Source of the DNA: an uncultured Clostridia bacterium
Lineage (GTDB): Bacteria; Bacillota; Clostridia; Oscillospirales; Oscillospiraceae
Direction: 5' to 3'
DNA length: 48,993 bases
Assembly: GCA_947167725.1 (NCBI GenBank)
Contig: CAMVJF010000001.1
Coordinates: 1 to 48,993 of the forward strand
Shown here: piece after piece, positions 1 to 8,377 of the stretch
Numbering within the stretch: the first letter of the stretch is position 1
Layout of the letters: each line of letters begins with the position of its first letter
The notes under the pieces: generated by a model
Told to the model about the DNA's origin: nothing
Seen by the model: the letters and a program-made list of their open reading frames with translations, nothing else
Databases searched by the model: none
Made by a program: the position numbers and the translations under genes

Positions 1-971
1 CATTTTCAACGGCCAGCGGCGCGATCCAGAGCACGGCGAGCTCCGTCTGGAACTCCGTCAGCTCTACAACGTCGAGCCTCTGGAGCTCTATCCAGAACGC
101 GATCGGCAGCAAGATCCAAGCGGCGCAGAACACAGTCAGCAGCGTGACCGGTACGATCAAGAACGTGACGAGCTCCGCATGGAACGCCGTCAGCTCTACG
201 ACGTCGAGTATCTGGAACAGCGTCACGAGCACGATCAGCAGCAAAGTGAACAGCGCAAAGAGCACCGTTTCGAGCGTGTTCAACAGCATAAAGTCCACAA
301 TCAGCAGCACGCTGAACGGGGCATTCAGCACCGTGCAAAACATTTTCAACAACATTCAGAACTCGATCACGAATAAGATCAACGCAGCAAAAACAGCGGT
401 AAGCAATGCGATCAGCGCAATAAAAAGCGCGTTTAATTTCTCGTGGAGCCTGCCGAGTTTGAAGCTGCCGCATATAAGCATAACCGGTAGTTTTTCGATA
501 AAACCGCCGAGCGTCCCGCACTTCGGGATCAGCTGGTACAAAAAGGGCGGTATCTTAACAGAGCCGACGATCTTCGGAGCTGCCGGAAACAATCTGCTCG
601 CAGGCGGTGAGGCTGGAGCCGAGGCCGTTCTGCCTCTGGCAGTCCTCTGGGATAAGCTGGAGTCAATTCTGCGGGCAATCCTCAGACAAGAGCAGTCGCA
701 GGCACCGGAAACAGATCCGGACACCAGCCTGCTGCAAAAGGCCGGTCAGCTTCTCACGCTTGACGACTTCTCGCTCGGTACCCTTGCAAATACCGGCGGC
801 ACCGTGATTTATTACGACTTCTCCGGGCTCACATGGGCGCCGCAGATCCAGACCGCGGGCAGCGCAGAGGACGAGCCGGATCTCATGGCAGAGCTGAGGG
901 CGCACGAGGCCGAGTTTTTCGACTGGCTGGAGGAATTTATAAAAATGCGGGAGGTGGCGCAGTTTGCGTAG
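1..971 (+). CDS. Tape measure protein, C-terminal part (same ORF as 43514..48993, continued across the circular junction; codon phase starts at nt 3)
   Basis: The reading frame is open from nt 3 to the TAG at 969-971 and is in phase with the ORF running off the window end. It continues the 44-aa repeats (xGTIKNVxSSAWNAVSS...). The C-terminal part SLPSLKLPHISITGSF...GISWYKKGGILTEPTIFGA is typical of tape measure C-termini. Confidence 0.9.
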   Translation, partial: FSTASGAIQSTASSVWNSVSSTTSSLWSSIQNAIGSKIQAAQNTVSSVTGTIKNVTSSAWNAVSSTTSSIWNSVTSTISSKVNSAKSTVSSVFNSIKSTISSTLNGAFSTVQNIFNNIQNSITNKINAAKTAVSNAISAIKSAFNFSWSLPSLKLPHISITGSFSIKPPSVPHFGISWYKKGGILTEPTIFGAAGNNLLAGGEAGAEAVLPLAVLWDKLESILRAILRQEQSQAPETDPDTSLLQKAGQLLTLDDFSLGTLANTGGTVIYYDFSGLTWAPQIQTAGSAEDEPDLMAELRAHEAEFFDWLEEFIKMREVAQFA

Positions 972-1206
972 AGTCACAGGCTACAAGGAATACACGACGC
1001 GCGAGGGCGACACCTTCGACGCTCTGGCGCTGGATATGTACGGCGCCGAAACCCTCGCTCACTATATCATTGAATTTAACCCGGACTACGCCGACGTGCT
1101 GATCTTCGAGGCGAATGTGCCGCTACGGCTGCCGATCATCGAGGACGCAGAGCTGCCGGACACTCTGCCGCCGTGGCGCCGGGGAGACGAGGGGGACGAC
1201 TCGTGA
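964..1206 (+). CDS. LysM-domain tail protein (P2 gpX / PBSX XkdP-like)
   Basis: TTG start at 964, 6 nt after GGGAGGTGG (949-957). LysM-like motif YTTREGDTFDALALDMYG. Sits directly after the tape measure gene, as in P2/PBSX tail modules. Confidence 0.7.
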   Translation: MRRVTGYKEYTTREGDTFDALALDMYGAETLAHYIIEFNPDYADVLIFEANVPLRLPIIEDAELPDTLPPWRRGDEGDDS

Positions 1207-2120
1207 ACCTCTTTATCAATGGGGTGGATATATACAAGGACGTATCGGTCAACTACTGCACGCACGAAATGTTCGCAGAAAAGCAAGCCGACGGCCTCGT
1301 GATCCGCTTCAATGACACCAAGGGGGCGTGGAGCAAATGGCAGCCGGCCGAGGGTGCCGTGATCCGTCTGAAAGAGGGCGCAGCGGACACCGGGAAAATG
1401 TTCATACACTCCATGACCTCAGAGAACGGGCTCTACACGATCCGGGCTCTCTCTCTGCCGCTGAGCGGCAAGACGAAACGATCGAAAAGCTGGGAGGGCG
1501 TGCGCTTCTTCCAACTCGGCCGAGAGATCGCAGCGGCTCACGGCCTAACATTCCAGACATACGGCTGCACCGATCAGGTGTACCCGTACATGGTGCAGGA
1601 CAGGGAGACAGACTTCGCTCTGTTCTCCCGGATCTGCGCGCTGGAAAGCTGCCAAATGATTATATACGACGGCAGGCTGCTGGCATACAGCGAGCCGGCC
1701 ATGGAAAGCAAAGCGCCGGCGGGCAGCCTGCTGGTGGATCAGAACGGGCACTTCTCGTACCACGACGACCGGGCCGCCTGCTTTGGCTCGTGCGAGATCA
1801 ACTGCGGAGACTGCTCCGGCAGCTTCAAGGCACCGAGCGCTATCAGCAGCGCGATCCTGCGCCCGGAGGGCGTCAAGGTAAGCAGCAGCGGTGAGGCGGC
1901 TCGCTTCGCAAAGGGGCTGCTCAGAAATGTGAACAAGTACGGACGGACGGGGCGCTTCTCCCGTTCACTTTTGCCCGGATATGCAGCGGCAAGCCTGCTG
2001 AAACTGGAAACGAAAAAGGCGAGCGCGTGGAACGGTACCGTCTTTGTGTATAAGGTGCGGCACGATTTTGTCGGGAACAAGACGACGCTCTATTTCCGCA
2101 ATATTCTGGAGGGGTACTAA
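1203..2120 (+). CDS. Tail/baseplate hub protein (P2 gpD / XkdQ-like)
   Basis: GTG at 1203 overlaps the upstream stop (GTGA); an in-frame GTG at 1173 is an alternative start. About 305 aa, between the LysM protein and the small spike protein, matching gpD/XkdQ order. The family call rests on position and general resemblance. Confidence 0.55.
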   Translation: MNLFINGVDIYKDVSVNYCTHEMFAEKQADGLVIRFNDTKGAWSKWQPAEGAVIRLKEGAADTGKMFIHSMTSENGLYTIRALSLPLSGKTKRSKSWEGVRFFQLGREIAAAHGLTFQTYGCTDQVYPYMVQDRETDFALFSRICALESCQMIIYDGRLLAYSEPAMESKAPAGSLLVDQNGHFSYHDDRAACFGSCEINCGDCSGSFKAPSAISSAILRPEGVKVSSSGEAARFAKGLLRNVNKYGRTGRFSRSLLPGYAAASLLKLETKKASAWNGTVFVYKVRHDFVGNKTTLYFRNILEGY

Positions 2121-2450
2121 ATGGGGAGCATTTTCAAAGGCAAGATCGCAGCAATCGAGAACAACGCCGCCCGCGTCGTCCCCTCAGAGGCAGGCGCAAA
2201 GCCGACGGCGAAGATCGTGATCCCGTGGCACCTGCGCGGAGCAGCTGGAAACCTACAAAAAGGCACCCCGGTGGTGTATGTGGAATTTGACGACGGCACC
2301 GGCCTTCTGCTCGGCAGAGCGGACGGAGAGTGGGGCGCGTATCTGCCGGCACTCAGCGCCGGATCCATAACGGACAGCGGCGTCCGACTTGCTTCACACT
2401 CTCACGGTGGCGTAGAACCCGGCAGCGGCCGCACGAGCGGGCCGGCGTAA
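2121..2450 (+). CDS. Small baseplate spike/plug protein (gpV / XkdR-like)
   Basis: 109 aa with an RBS upstream. Beta-rich N-terminus KGKIAAIENNAARVVPSE...TPVVYVEFDDGTGLLLG resembles the OB-fold spike N-domain. Position is between the gpD-like and gp25-like genes. Confidence 0.45.
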   Translation: MGSIFKGKIAAIENNAARVVPSEAGAKPTAKIVIPWHLRGAAGNLQKGTPVVYVEFDDGTGLLLGRADGEWGAYLPALSAGSITDSGVRLASHSHGGVEPGSGRTSGPA

Positions 2451-2462
2451 GGAGGCGACGGC

Positions 2463-3143
2463 ATGGTAACAATGGCAAGGTGGGGCTCAAAGTCGTGGGC
2501 GGTGAGCTCGAACAAGGTGCTCGCTCTGGAGGGGCTGACGTTTTCCTTCCAGCAGGTAGCAGACAATAACACCAGCACCGAGGAAAAGAAAACAACGAAC
2601 GAAAGAGGCACCGAGCTTTTCCCGCTATCATTCACCACGGTGCTGCACTCCGGAGCAGGCGTAGACGTCCGCGCAGAGATCGAGAGCTGGAAGGCTCTCG
2701 TCACAAAGGTTAATTATTTCTATCTCGGAGGCAAGAGGCTGGGGCCTATGCTCCAGCTGCGAAAAGTCGCCGTCTCGAATGTGAAGCTCGACAACCTCGG
2801 CCGCATGAGACTGGCGACTCTCTCGTTTGAGTTTAAGGAGTACGACCAGAACACGTCCAGCGTGAAGGTGGACTGGTCAGCGCTCACAGTATGCGCAGAC
2901 GACGAGGACAAAGCAGTCAAAAAAGAGGATAACGACGGCGTGACGAATGCACCTACGCAGACAATCAAAGTCGGCAGCCGCGTGAAACCGACGGGCGCAA
3001 AATACACGACCGGGCAGACGATCCCGCAATGGGTAAAGGATCGCAGCCATGAGGTGAGCCAAATCAGCGGCGACAAGGTGCTGCTGGGGTACCCGAACGG
3101 GATATGCAGCTGGGTGTACTTGAACGAGGTTACGCTCGTGTGA
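2463..3143 (+). CDS. gpU-like tail protein with C-terminal SH3-like domain
   Basis: The N-terminal 125 aa (LALEGLTFSF...RLATLSFEFKEY) resembles the P2 gpU family pattern. The C-terminal IKVGSRVKPTGAKYTTGQTIPQWV...GDKVLLGYPNGICSWVYLNEV looks like an SH3b-type wall-binding fold. Confidence 0.4.
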   Translation: MVTMARWGSKSWAVSSNKVLALEGLTFSFQQVADNNTSTEEKKTTNERGTELFPLSFTTVLHSGAGVDVRAEIESWKALVTKVNYFYLGGKRLGPMLQLRKVAVSNVKLDNLGRMRLATLSFEFKEYDQNTSSVKVDWSALTVCADDEDKAVKKEDNDGVTNAPTQTIKVGSRVKPTGAKYTTGQTIPQWVKDRSHEVSQISGDKVLLGYPNGICSWVYLNEVTLV

Positions 3144-3157
3144 AGGGAGGCGGCAGC

Positions 3158-3454
3158 ATGAAAGCAAGCGGAAACGGTGCGCCGGAAACGTGCGCCGGCA
3201 ATCTGCTGAGGATCGTCCGCGGCGAGGTACCATACGACAGGGTGAGAGGGCGCGACGGCTCCCTCATAGATCAGCCAAACGCGGCAGACGAGGCAATGGC
3301 AGACGCCGAGTGGCTGCTCTCAAAGTATGAGCCGCGCGTCGAGATCACGGACATATCAGCAAACACCGACGGCGCAGCGGACGGAGACTTCGGGCTCTCC
3401 GTTAGTATCAAAGGAAAGGGGCAGAGCGACAAATGGCCGAACTCGATTTTATAA
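3158..3454 (+). CDS. Baseplate wedge protein (gpW / gp25 / XkdS-like)
   Basis: ATG at 3158 follows GGGAGG. About 98 aa, immediately upstream of and overlapping the baseplate J gene. Motif LLRIVRGEVPYDRVRG is typical of the gp25-like family. Confidence 0.6.
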   Translation: MKASGNGAPETCAGNLLRIVRGEVPYDRVRGRDGSLIDQPNAADEAMADAEWLLSKYEPRVEITDISANTDGAADGDFGLSVSIKGKGQSDKWPNSIL

Positions 3455-4779
3455 ACACAAGTGCAGACGAGATCGTCACCGAGGTGCTGGAGCAGCTGGA
3501 AAACGGCGTAGCCGAGCCGCTGTACCCCGGCGACGAGCGCCGAATCTTCGGCGACGCTCTGGCCGCGGTGATCGTGAGCGTTTTCAACAGCGTGAACGAC
3601 GCCTGCCGCCAGAAAATGCTCCGATATGCACGCGGCGAAGTGCTCGACGCTCTCGGCGAGAACCGAGACGTCAAGCGGCTGGATCCGACGTATGCCACCA
3701 CGACGCTGCGCTTCGGCATTTCGTCGGCGGTGGCGTCAAATATTGTTATACCTGCCGGGCTCCGCGTGAGCAGCGACTTTAACCGCTATTTTCTGACAGA
3801 CTCCACCGTCGTGCTATATGCCGGCGCTCTGAGCGTGGACGTAGCAGCGACAGCGGAGCGGGGCGGCTCAGAATACAACGGGATCGCGCCCGGAGAGATC
3901 GCGACCATTGTTGACATATCAGAGGCGGCTCTGATCGACACCGTGACGAACCTCACGGAAACGGCAGGCGGCGGCGACGTCGAGAGCGACGACGCATACC
4001 GCGAGAGGATCAGAGAGGCAGAGAACAAGCTCAGCACCGCGGGGCCTGCGAAAGCCTACAAGTATTGGGCGCTCTCCGCGAACTCTCTCGTCTCTGACGC
4101 TGTGGTGCTCTCAGATCGGGAGGAAATCACCAGCACGCTGCCGGTATACGGCGGGCACGCCTTCAAGGGCGGCGAAACGCTGCTGCCGGACACTCTGGTG
4201 GTGTATCTGCCGGGCGGCGCAGCAGCAACAGCCGGCACAGACTACACGGCGACGTATGCGGACGATCTGCTCACTCTGGAGCTGAGCGGGGCGCTTGCAA
4301 GCGTCACAACCGTGAAGATCAAGATCACCCGCGATATGCGGGGCACCGTCAAGATTGTGCCGATCTGTGCAGGCGGTGAACTACCGAGCGAGGACGTGCT
4401 GGCCGACGTGCTGGCGGCGTGCTCCGCGGACGACGTGCGGCCGCTCACCGATCATGTGACCGTCGAGGCGCCGAGCGTGGCGTATTATGACATAAATCTG
4501 GTATACTACACGACGCGCGCGAACGAGTCCGAAGTCGTCCAGAACGTCGAGGGCTCCGACGGTGCGATCAATCGCTACATTTACTGGCAAGGCTCGAACC
4601 TCGACCAAGATATAAACCCGGACTACCTCAGAAAGCTGATCCTCGCGCCGGACTGGAGCGACGGGCTCGCCGGTGCAACCCGCGTAGAGATCACCGCGCC
4701 GCAGTTTACGGAGCTGGACAGCACGACCGTGGCGAAATTCTCCGGGAACCTCACCGTCACCCATGTGGTGAAGGACTAA
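3433..4779 (+). CDS. Baseplate J-like protein (gpJ / XkdT)
   Basis: 448 aa. N-terminus EIVTEVLEQLENGVAEPLYPGDERRIFGDALAAV and the motif GGGDVESDDAYRERIRE are characteristic of the Baseplate_J family. Confidence 0.85.
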   Translation: MAELDFINTSADEIVTEVLEQLENGVAEPLYPGDERRIFGDALAAVIVSVFNSVNDACRQKMLRYARGEVLDALGENRDVKRLDPTYATTTLRFGISSAVASNIVIPAGLRVSSDFNRYFLTDSTVVLYAGALSVDVAATAERGGSEYNGIAPGEIATIVDISEAALIDTVTNLTETAGGGDVESDDAYRERIREAENKLSTAGPAKAYKYWALSANSLVSDAVVLSDREEITSTLPVYGGHAFKGGETLLPDTLVVYLPGGAAATAGTDYTATYADDLLTLELSGALASVTTVKIKITRDMRGTVKIVPICAGGELPSEDVLADVLAACSADDVRPLTDHVTVEAPSVAYYDINLVYYTTRANESEVVQNVEGSDGAINRYIYWQGSNLDQDINPDYLRKLILAPDWSDGLAGATRVEITAPQFTELDSTTVAKFSGNLTVTHVVKD

Positions 4780-4791
4780 GGGGGCGACGCT

Positions 4792-5613
4792 ATGGCAGGT
4801 ATGAAACTATCAGAGCTCGACTTTGTGCGGCTGCTGCCTGCATTTATGAGGGACGACGAGGCAGCGATCGCTCTCTGCAAAGCCGTGAACGAGGTCGTCG
4901 GCCCGCCGTGCGGCAGGCTGAAAACGATCCGGACATGGGATCAGATCGACAACTTGAACGAGGCAGAGTGCGACGAAATGGCGTGGGAGCAGGACGTGGA
5001 CTGGTACGACTCCGCAGGCATGACGCTGGAAGAAAAACGCGCCACGATCAAGCTCGCGCAGCAAATCAAGCGAAAGCGCGGCACGAAATGGGCGGTGGAG
5101 CGGCTGATCTCCGCATACATCGGAGACGGCTATGTGCTGGAGTGGTACGATCTCGACGTCGAGGGCTTCACGGCTCCCTATACTTTTTTAGCGCTCACGA
5201 CAAACGCGGCGATCGACCAAGAGAGCTACGCGAAATTCGTCGAGGCGGTGAAAGCCGCCAAAAACGAGCGCTCTCACATAGCGGGCGTGTTTTATTTCTG
5301 GCAGCAGGGCCCGGATCCCGGCGTCGAGTGCGCTATGGGGTACGCTGCGTATCAATACGAATTTGAGCGGATCTGCGGCACATACCCCCGCGAGGCGGTG
5401 GTGGGCGCTCTGGGGCGCTTTGCCGCGGAGACAGAGCCGGAGACAGCGGCTCACTTTTACGGCTTCACAGAGGCCGGAGAGGACACCTGCGGCACATACC
5501 CGTCAAGCGGGACGATCGGCGCCGCACTATCAGCAGCGGCAGCGGCAGAGGAAACGCTCGCAGCCTTCGGCTATACGCTGACAAGGTGCGGGACGCTTCA
5601 CTGTGGCGAGTAA
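4792..5613 (+). CDS. Tail protein I-like (P2 gpI / XkdU)
   Basis: 273 aa directly after baseplate J. N-terminal LLPAFMRDDEAAIAL and ...AWEQDVDWYD...KRATIKLAQQIKRKRGTKWAVERL fit the gpI family pattern. Confidence 0.65.
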   Translation: MAGMKLSELDFVRLLPAFMRDDEAAIALCKAVNEVVGPPCGRLKTIRTWDQIDNLNEAECDEMAWEQDVDWYDSAGMTLEEKRATIKLAQQIKRKRGTKWAVERLISAYIGDGYVLEWYDLDVEGFTAPYTFLALTTNAAIDQESYAKFVEAVKAAKNERSHIAGVFYFWQQGPDPGVECAMGYAAYQYEFERICGTYPREAVVGALGRFAAETEPETAAHFYGFTEAGEDTCGTYPSSGTIGAALSAAAAAEETLAAFGYTLTRCGTLHCGE

Positions 5614-5634
5614 AAAGGAAGGAGGCGCAGCTCT

Positions 5635-5946
5635 ATGGCTTATTTTCAGAGCAATTTCTTGAACTACCGTAGGCAGCAATGGCTCCGATCTCTGGTACAC
5701 GTCGAGGCACAAGTCGGCTCGACATGGTACCGCGGAACCATAAACCAGAAGAAGATCGAGGGCGACACGCTCGTCATTATGGTGACATTTCCGCAGCTTG
5801 ACAACAGCGCGGTGACGATCAGCGCGTCGCGTGTGATTGATATTCGCGGGGAGATCGCAGCATACCAGACGCGAACGATCCGCAAAGTGGCCGGGCAGGG
5901 CACCATGATCAAGATCACGATCCCGATCTACGAGGTAACAAGCTGA
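5635..5946 (+). CDS. Hypothetical protein in the tail fibre region
   Basis: Strong RBS GGAAGGAGG upstream, 103 aa, tight spacing with neighbouring genes. Confidence 0.5.
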   Translation: MAYFQSNFLNYRRQQWLRSLVHVEAQVGSTWYRGTINQKKIEGDTLVIMVTFPQLDNSAVTISASRVIDIRGEIAAYQTRTIRKVAGQGTMIKITIPIYEVTS

Positions 5947-5963
5947 CAGGAAGGAGGGAAACC

Positions 5964-6389
5964 ATGTATAACCGCACACAATGGAAAGACAGGGTGGTCG
6001 ATCCAGTCACCGGCGAGGTGATCCAAGAGGGCACGCTCCAGAGCGCCGGCAACTTCAACAAAATGGAGGACGGGATCGAGGACGCGACCGTCGCGGCTGC
6101 GTTTCTTGTGATCGCTGCCGGACAGCTCGACGCTCAGACCGCCGCCGAGGAAAAGACGGTAACGCTCACGAACTCGCAGAGCTACCCGTTCAATAACTCG
6201 CAAAAGACGGTGAGCCTCGGCGTCACCAGAACCACCACGGCGTACTCGGTGGACGTCGAAGTGCTGGAGCACTCCGGCGACGTCGGCGACGTTCTGATCA
6301 GCGACAAGCTGCTGAATGGCTTCAAGGTACGCTTCGACGGCAGCGCAAAGAGTGCGACCGTGAAACTCATTATCAAGGGAGGTATGTAA
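5964..6389 (+). CDS. Tail fibre / receptor-binding protein (short)
   Basis: The N-terminus MYNRTQWKDRVVDPVTGEVIQEGTLQSAGNFNKMEDGIEDA is a motif seen at the N-termini of Firmicutes prophage tail fibre proteins. RBS GGAAGGAGGG upstream. Confidence 0.5.
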   Translation: MYNRTQWKDRVVDPVTGEVIQEGTLQSAGNFNKMEDGIEDATVAAAFLVIAAGQLDAQTAAEEKTVTLTNSQSYPFNNSQKTVSLGVTRTTTAYSVDVEVLEHSGDVGDVLISDKLLNGFKVRFDGSAKSATVKLIIKGGM

Positions 6390-6392
6390 ACC

Positions 6393-6704
6393 ATGGCGAA
6401 CAATGTCAAAGTGATTGAAAAGAACCCCGGTCAGAAGATCGAGTGGGAGCAGAGCGGCACCCGTCTGTATTTCGGAGACGACGAGATCATGATCAACGCC
6501 GCGAAGTATCAGAAGGACTGGCCCGTCTCGGTTGACATCTGCACGGACAGATCCGGCAATCTCACGATCGGCACCGAGTCCGCGCTGCGCTATGTCGCGC
6601 AGGTGGAGATCCCCGCGGCGCAGTACACCGAGGACGGCGAGAACCGGGAGCAGCTGCCGCTCGACATGGGCGACGTGACGCTCACACTCTGGAGCATTGA
6701 ATAA
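6393..6704 (+). CDS. Hypothetical protein in the tail fibre region
   Basis: RBS AGGGAGG upstream, 103 aa, between the fibre gene and the DGR target. Confidence 0.5.
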   Translation: MANNVKVIEKNPGQKIEWEQSGTRLYFGDDEIMINAAKYQKDWPVSVDICTDRSGNLTIGTESALRYVAQVEIPAAQYTEDGENREQLPLDMGDVTLTLWSIE

Positions 6705-6719
6705 GAAAGGAGCACACTC

Positions 6720-7817
6720 ATGGCAAATTTTGATCTCACAAATCTGGCAGTAAAAATGATCTGCCCGAACAACACCGTCCAGCTGGACGACACCGGGTTG
6801 CCGTCGGTGCTGGTGTATATCCCGGCATTTAAGAACAGCGACGTCCTCACCGGCGGCGACGACAGCACGCACCCCGCCTTCATCGTGAACGGCGTCCAGA
6901 TCCCCGGCTTCTACTACTCGAAGTATCAGAACAAAGTGAACAGCGGCGTCGCCTATTCGCTGCCGGCAGAGGATCCGACTGCAAATATTACATTTGACAC
7001 CGCGATCGCTCGCTGCACCGCAAAGGGCGCCGGCTGGCACCTCAGCACGAACGCGGAGTGGGCAGCGATCGCTCTCTGGTGCAAGAAAAACGGCTTTTTG
7101 CCCTATGGCAATAACAACTACGGCAAGGACTCCAGAGAGAGCAACTACCGCGCGATCCCGACAACCAAGGACGGCAGCGGGAACACGCTCCATGTGGCAA
7201 CCGGCACTGGCCCGCTCTCGTGGAGCCACGATCAGACGCCGAGCGGTATCTGGGACATGAACGGCAATGTCGCAGAATGGCAGGGCGGTATCCGTCTTGT
7301 ATGGGGCGAGCTCCAGATCCTTGCAAACAATGACGCAGCGGATCCGGACAACCCGCAGAACGCGACAAGCACCTGCTGGAAGGCGATCAACGCCAGCACC
7401 GGCGCGCTGGTGGATCCGGAATGCAGCACAACAGACGCGACCGGCACAACGTCCGGAAACACGGTGCGCCTCGATTATGTGAGCAGCAAGTGGAAATTTG
7501 TCACCAGCATTTCGAGCGCTGCGGACAGCTCGCGGAACTGCAATTTCGGCGCCGTAACTGCCGACAGCACGATCGGCGACGCTGCAAAGGTGCTGCTGCG
7601 CGCGCTCGCTCTGCTGCCGGACTCTGACGCACAGGAAGCAGACTACGAGGGCGACGTCATGTACTGGAATAACGGCGTAGCCGAGCGCTGCGTGTATCGC
7701 GGGGGCTCCTGCGGCCACGGGGTGTCCGCGGGCGTTTTCTGCGTCGACGGCTATCCCCGCTCGAACTCGGGCGCGAACATCGGCTTCCGCTCCGCTTATA
7801 TTCCGGAAATCGGGTAA
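6720..7817 (+). CDS. DGR target protein: tail fibre-associated receptor-binding protein with a C-terminal FGE/C-type-lectin-like fold carrying the variable region
   Basis: 365 aa. Motifs GWHLSTNAEWAAIALWC and IWDMNGNVAEW are typical of the formylglycine-generating-enzyme-type CLec fold. The last ~40 codons form the VR that matches the TR at 8261-8377. Confidence 0.85.
   Translation: MANFDLTNLAVKMICPNNTVQLDDTGLPSVLVYIPAFKNSDVLTGGDDSTHPAFIVNGVQIPGFYYSKYQNKVNSGVAYSLPAEDPTANITFDTAIARCTAKGAGWHLSTNAEWAAIALWCKKNGFLPYGNNNYGKDSRESNYRAIPTTKDGSGNTLHVATGTGPLSWSHDQTPSGIWDMNGNVAEWQGGIRLVWGELQILANNDAADPDNPQNATSTCWKAINASTGALVDPECSTTDATGTTSGNTVRLDYVSSKWKFVTSISSAADSSRNCNFGAVTADSTIGDAAKVLLRALALLPDSDAQEADYEGDVMYWNNGVAERCVYRGGSCGHGVSAGVFCVDGYPRSNSGANIGFRSAYIPEIG
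7683..7796 (+). repeat. DGR variable region (VR)
   Basis: 114 nt alignable to the TR at 8261-8377. There are 13 substitutions, every one at a TR adenine, plus one 3-nt gap. Identical GC-rich 3' end cggcttccgctccgct. Confidence 0.9.
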
Positions 7818-7842
7818 TCTGGCGATCTGAAAATCTGGCAAA

Positions 7843-7864
7843 CGGCGGCGACGCTTCGCCGCCG
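7843..7864 (+). promoter_or_regulatory. GC-rich hairpin 3' of the VR (candidate DGR target-recognition hairpin and/or terminator)
   Basis: CGGCGGCG(acgctt)CGCCGCCG: an 8-bp GC stem 47 nt after the VR end and 26 nt after the target stop codon. No U-tract follows. Confidence 0.55.
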
Positions 7865-7884
7865 GCACCATTCACGAGGTAACA

Positions 7885-8229
7885 ATGGACACACTACAAC
7901 TCAGACAGAGGATCGTCAGATCCATGATCCGCGTGAGCGAACGCACCAACAGCATGAGAAAGCCGGAGAAATTCGTCTACCGGGAACGCTTGACGGGCAC
8001 CTACATGAATATGCTCCGGCTATGTATCAAAGCGAACCATTCACGCGGGCCGGCACGGCGTCAGCTCCAGAACGAGATCGACACCGAGCTCGACGTGCTG
8101 CGCTCGCTTATTGACACCGCAGCGAGCCCGGAGGATCGTCTGATCTCCACCGGGCTGCACGAGGTATGGAGCAAGGAGCTAAACGAAATCGGGCGTATGC
8201 TCGGCGGCTGGATCAAGTCAAACGACTGA
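7885..8229 (+). CDS. avd: DGR accessory variability determinant (Avd-like four-helix-bundle protein)
   Basis: 114 aa, basic, predicted all-helical. Sits between the VR and TR, as avd does in Bordetella phage BPP-1. C-terminal ...LNEIGRMLGGWIKS resembles four-helix-bundle (Avd / 23S-IVS protein) family ends. Confidence 0.7.
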   Translation: MDTLQLRQRIVRSMIRVSERTNSMRKPEKFVYRERLTGTYMNMLRLCIKANHSRGPARRQLQNEIDTELDVLRSLIDTAASPEDRLISTGLHEVWSKELNEIGRMLGGWIKSND

Positions 8230-8260
8230 CCGCCCGTGGGGGATATGCCGAGAAAATCGG

Positions 8261-8377
8261 GAGCGCTGCGTGTATCGCGGGGGCAACTACAACAACGGGG
8301 TGAACGCGGGCGTTTTCTACGTCAACGGCAACAATCCCCGCTCGAACTCGAACGCGAACATCGGCTTCCGCTCCGCT
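8261..8377 (+). repeat. DGR template region (TR)
   Basis: 117 nt matching the VR. Carries 25 adenines, mostly in AAC (Asn) codons when read in the VR frame (NYNNGVNAGVFYVNGNNPRSNSNANIGFRSA). Confidence 0.9.

Noticed and set aside
7825-7837. A 13-mer, ATCTGAAAATCTG, shared between the region after the DGR target gene (7825-7837) and the tube-chaperone intergenic region (42959-42971). Both copies lie near GGCGGCG-type hairpins.
   Set aside because: Tens of exact 13-mer matches are expected by chance in a 49-kb sequence when both strands are considered. The relative order of motif and hairpin also differs between the two sites.
5928-7871. A 647-aa minus-strand ORF, plus other very long antisense ORFs: 10830-11999, 19561-20802, 35765-37276, 37842-39416, 41130-42389, 45422-46534, 46643-47578 and 47293-48972.
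   Set aside because: Each lies exactly opposite a well-supported plus-strand gene that has an RBS and recognisable family motifs. Their products are Arg/Ala/Pro/Cys-rich with low complexity and they lack RBSs. Long stop-free shadow frames are expected in high-GC coding DNA.
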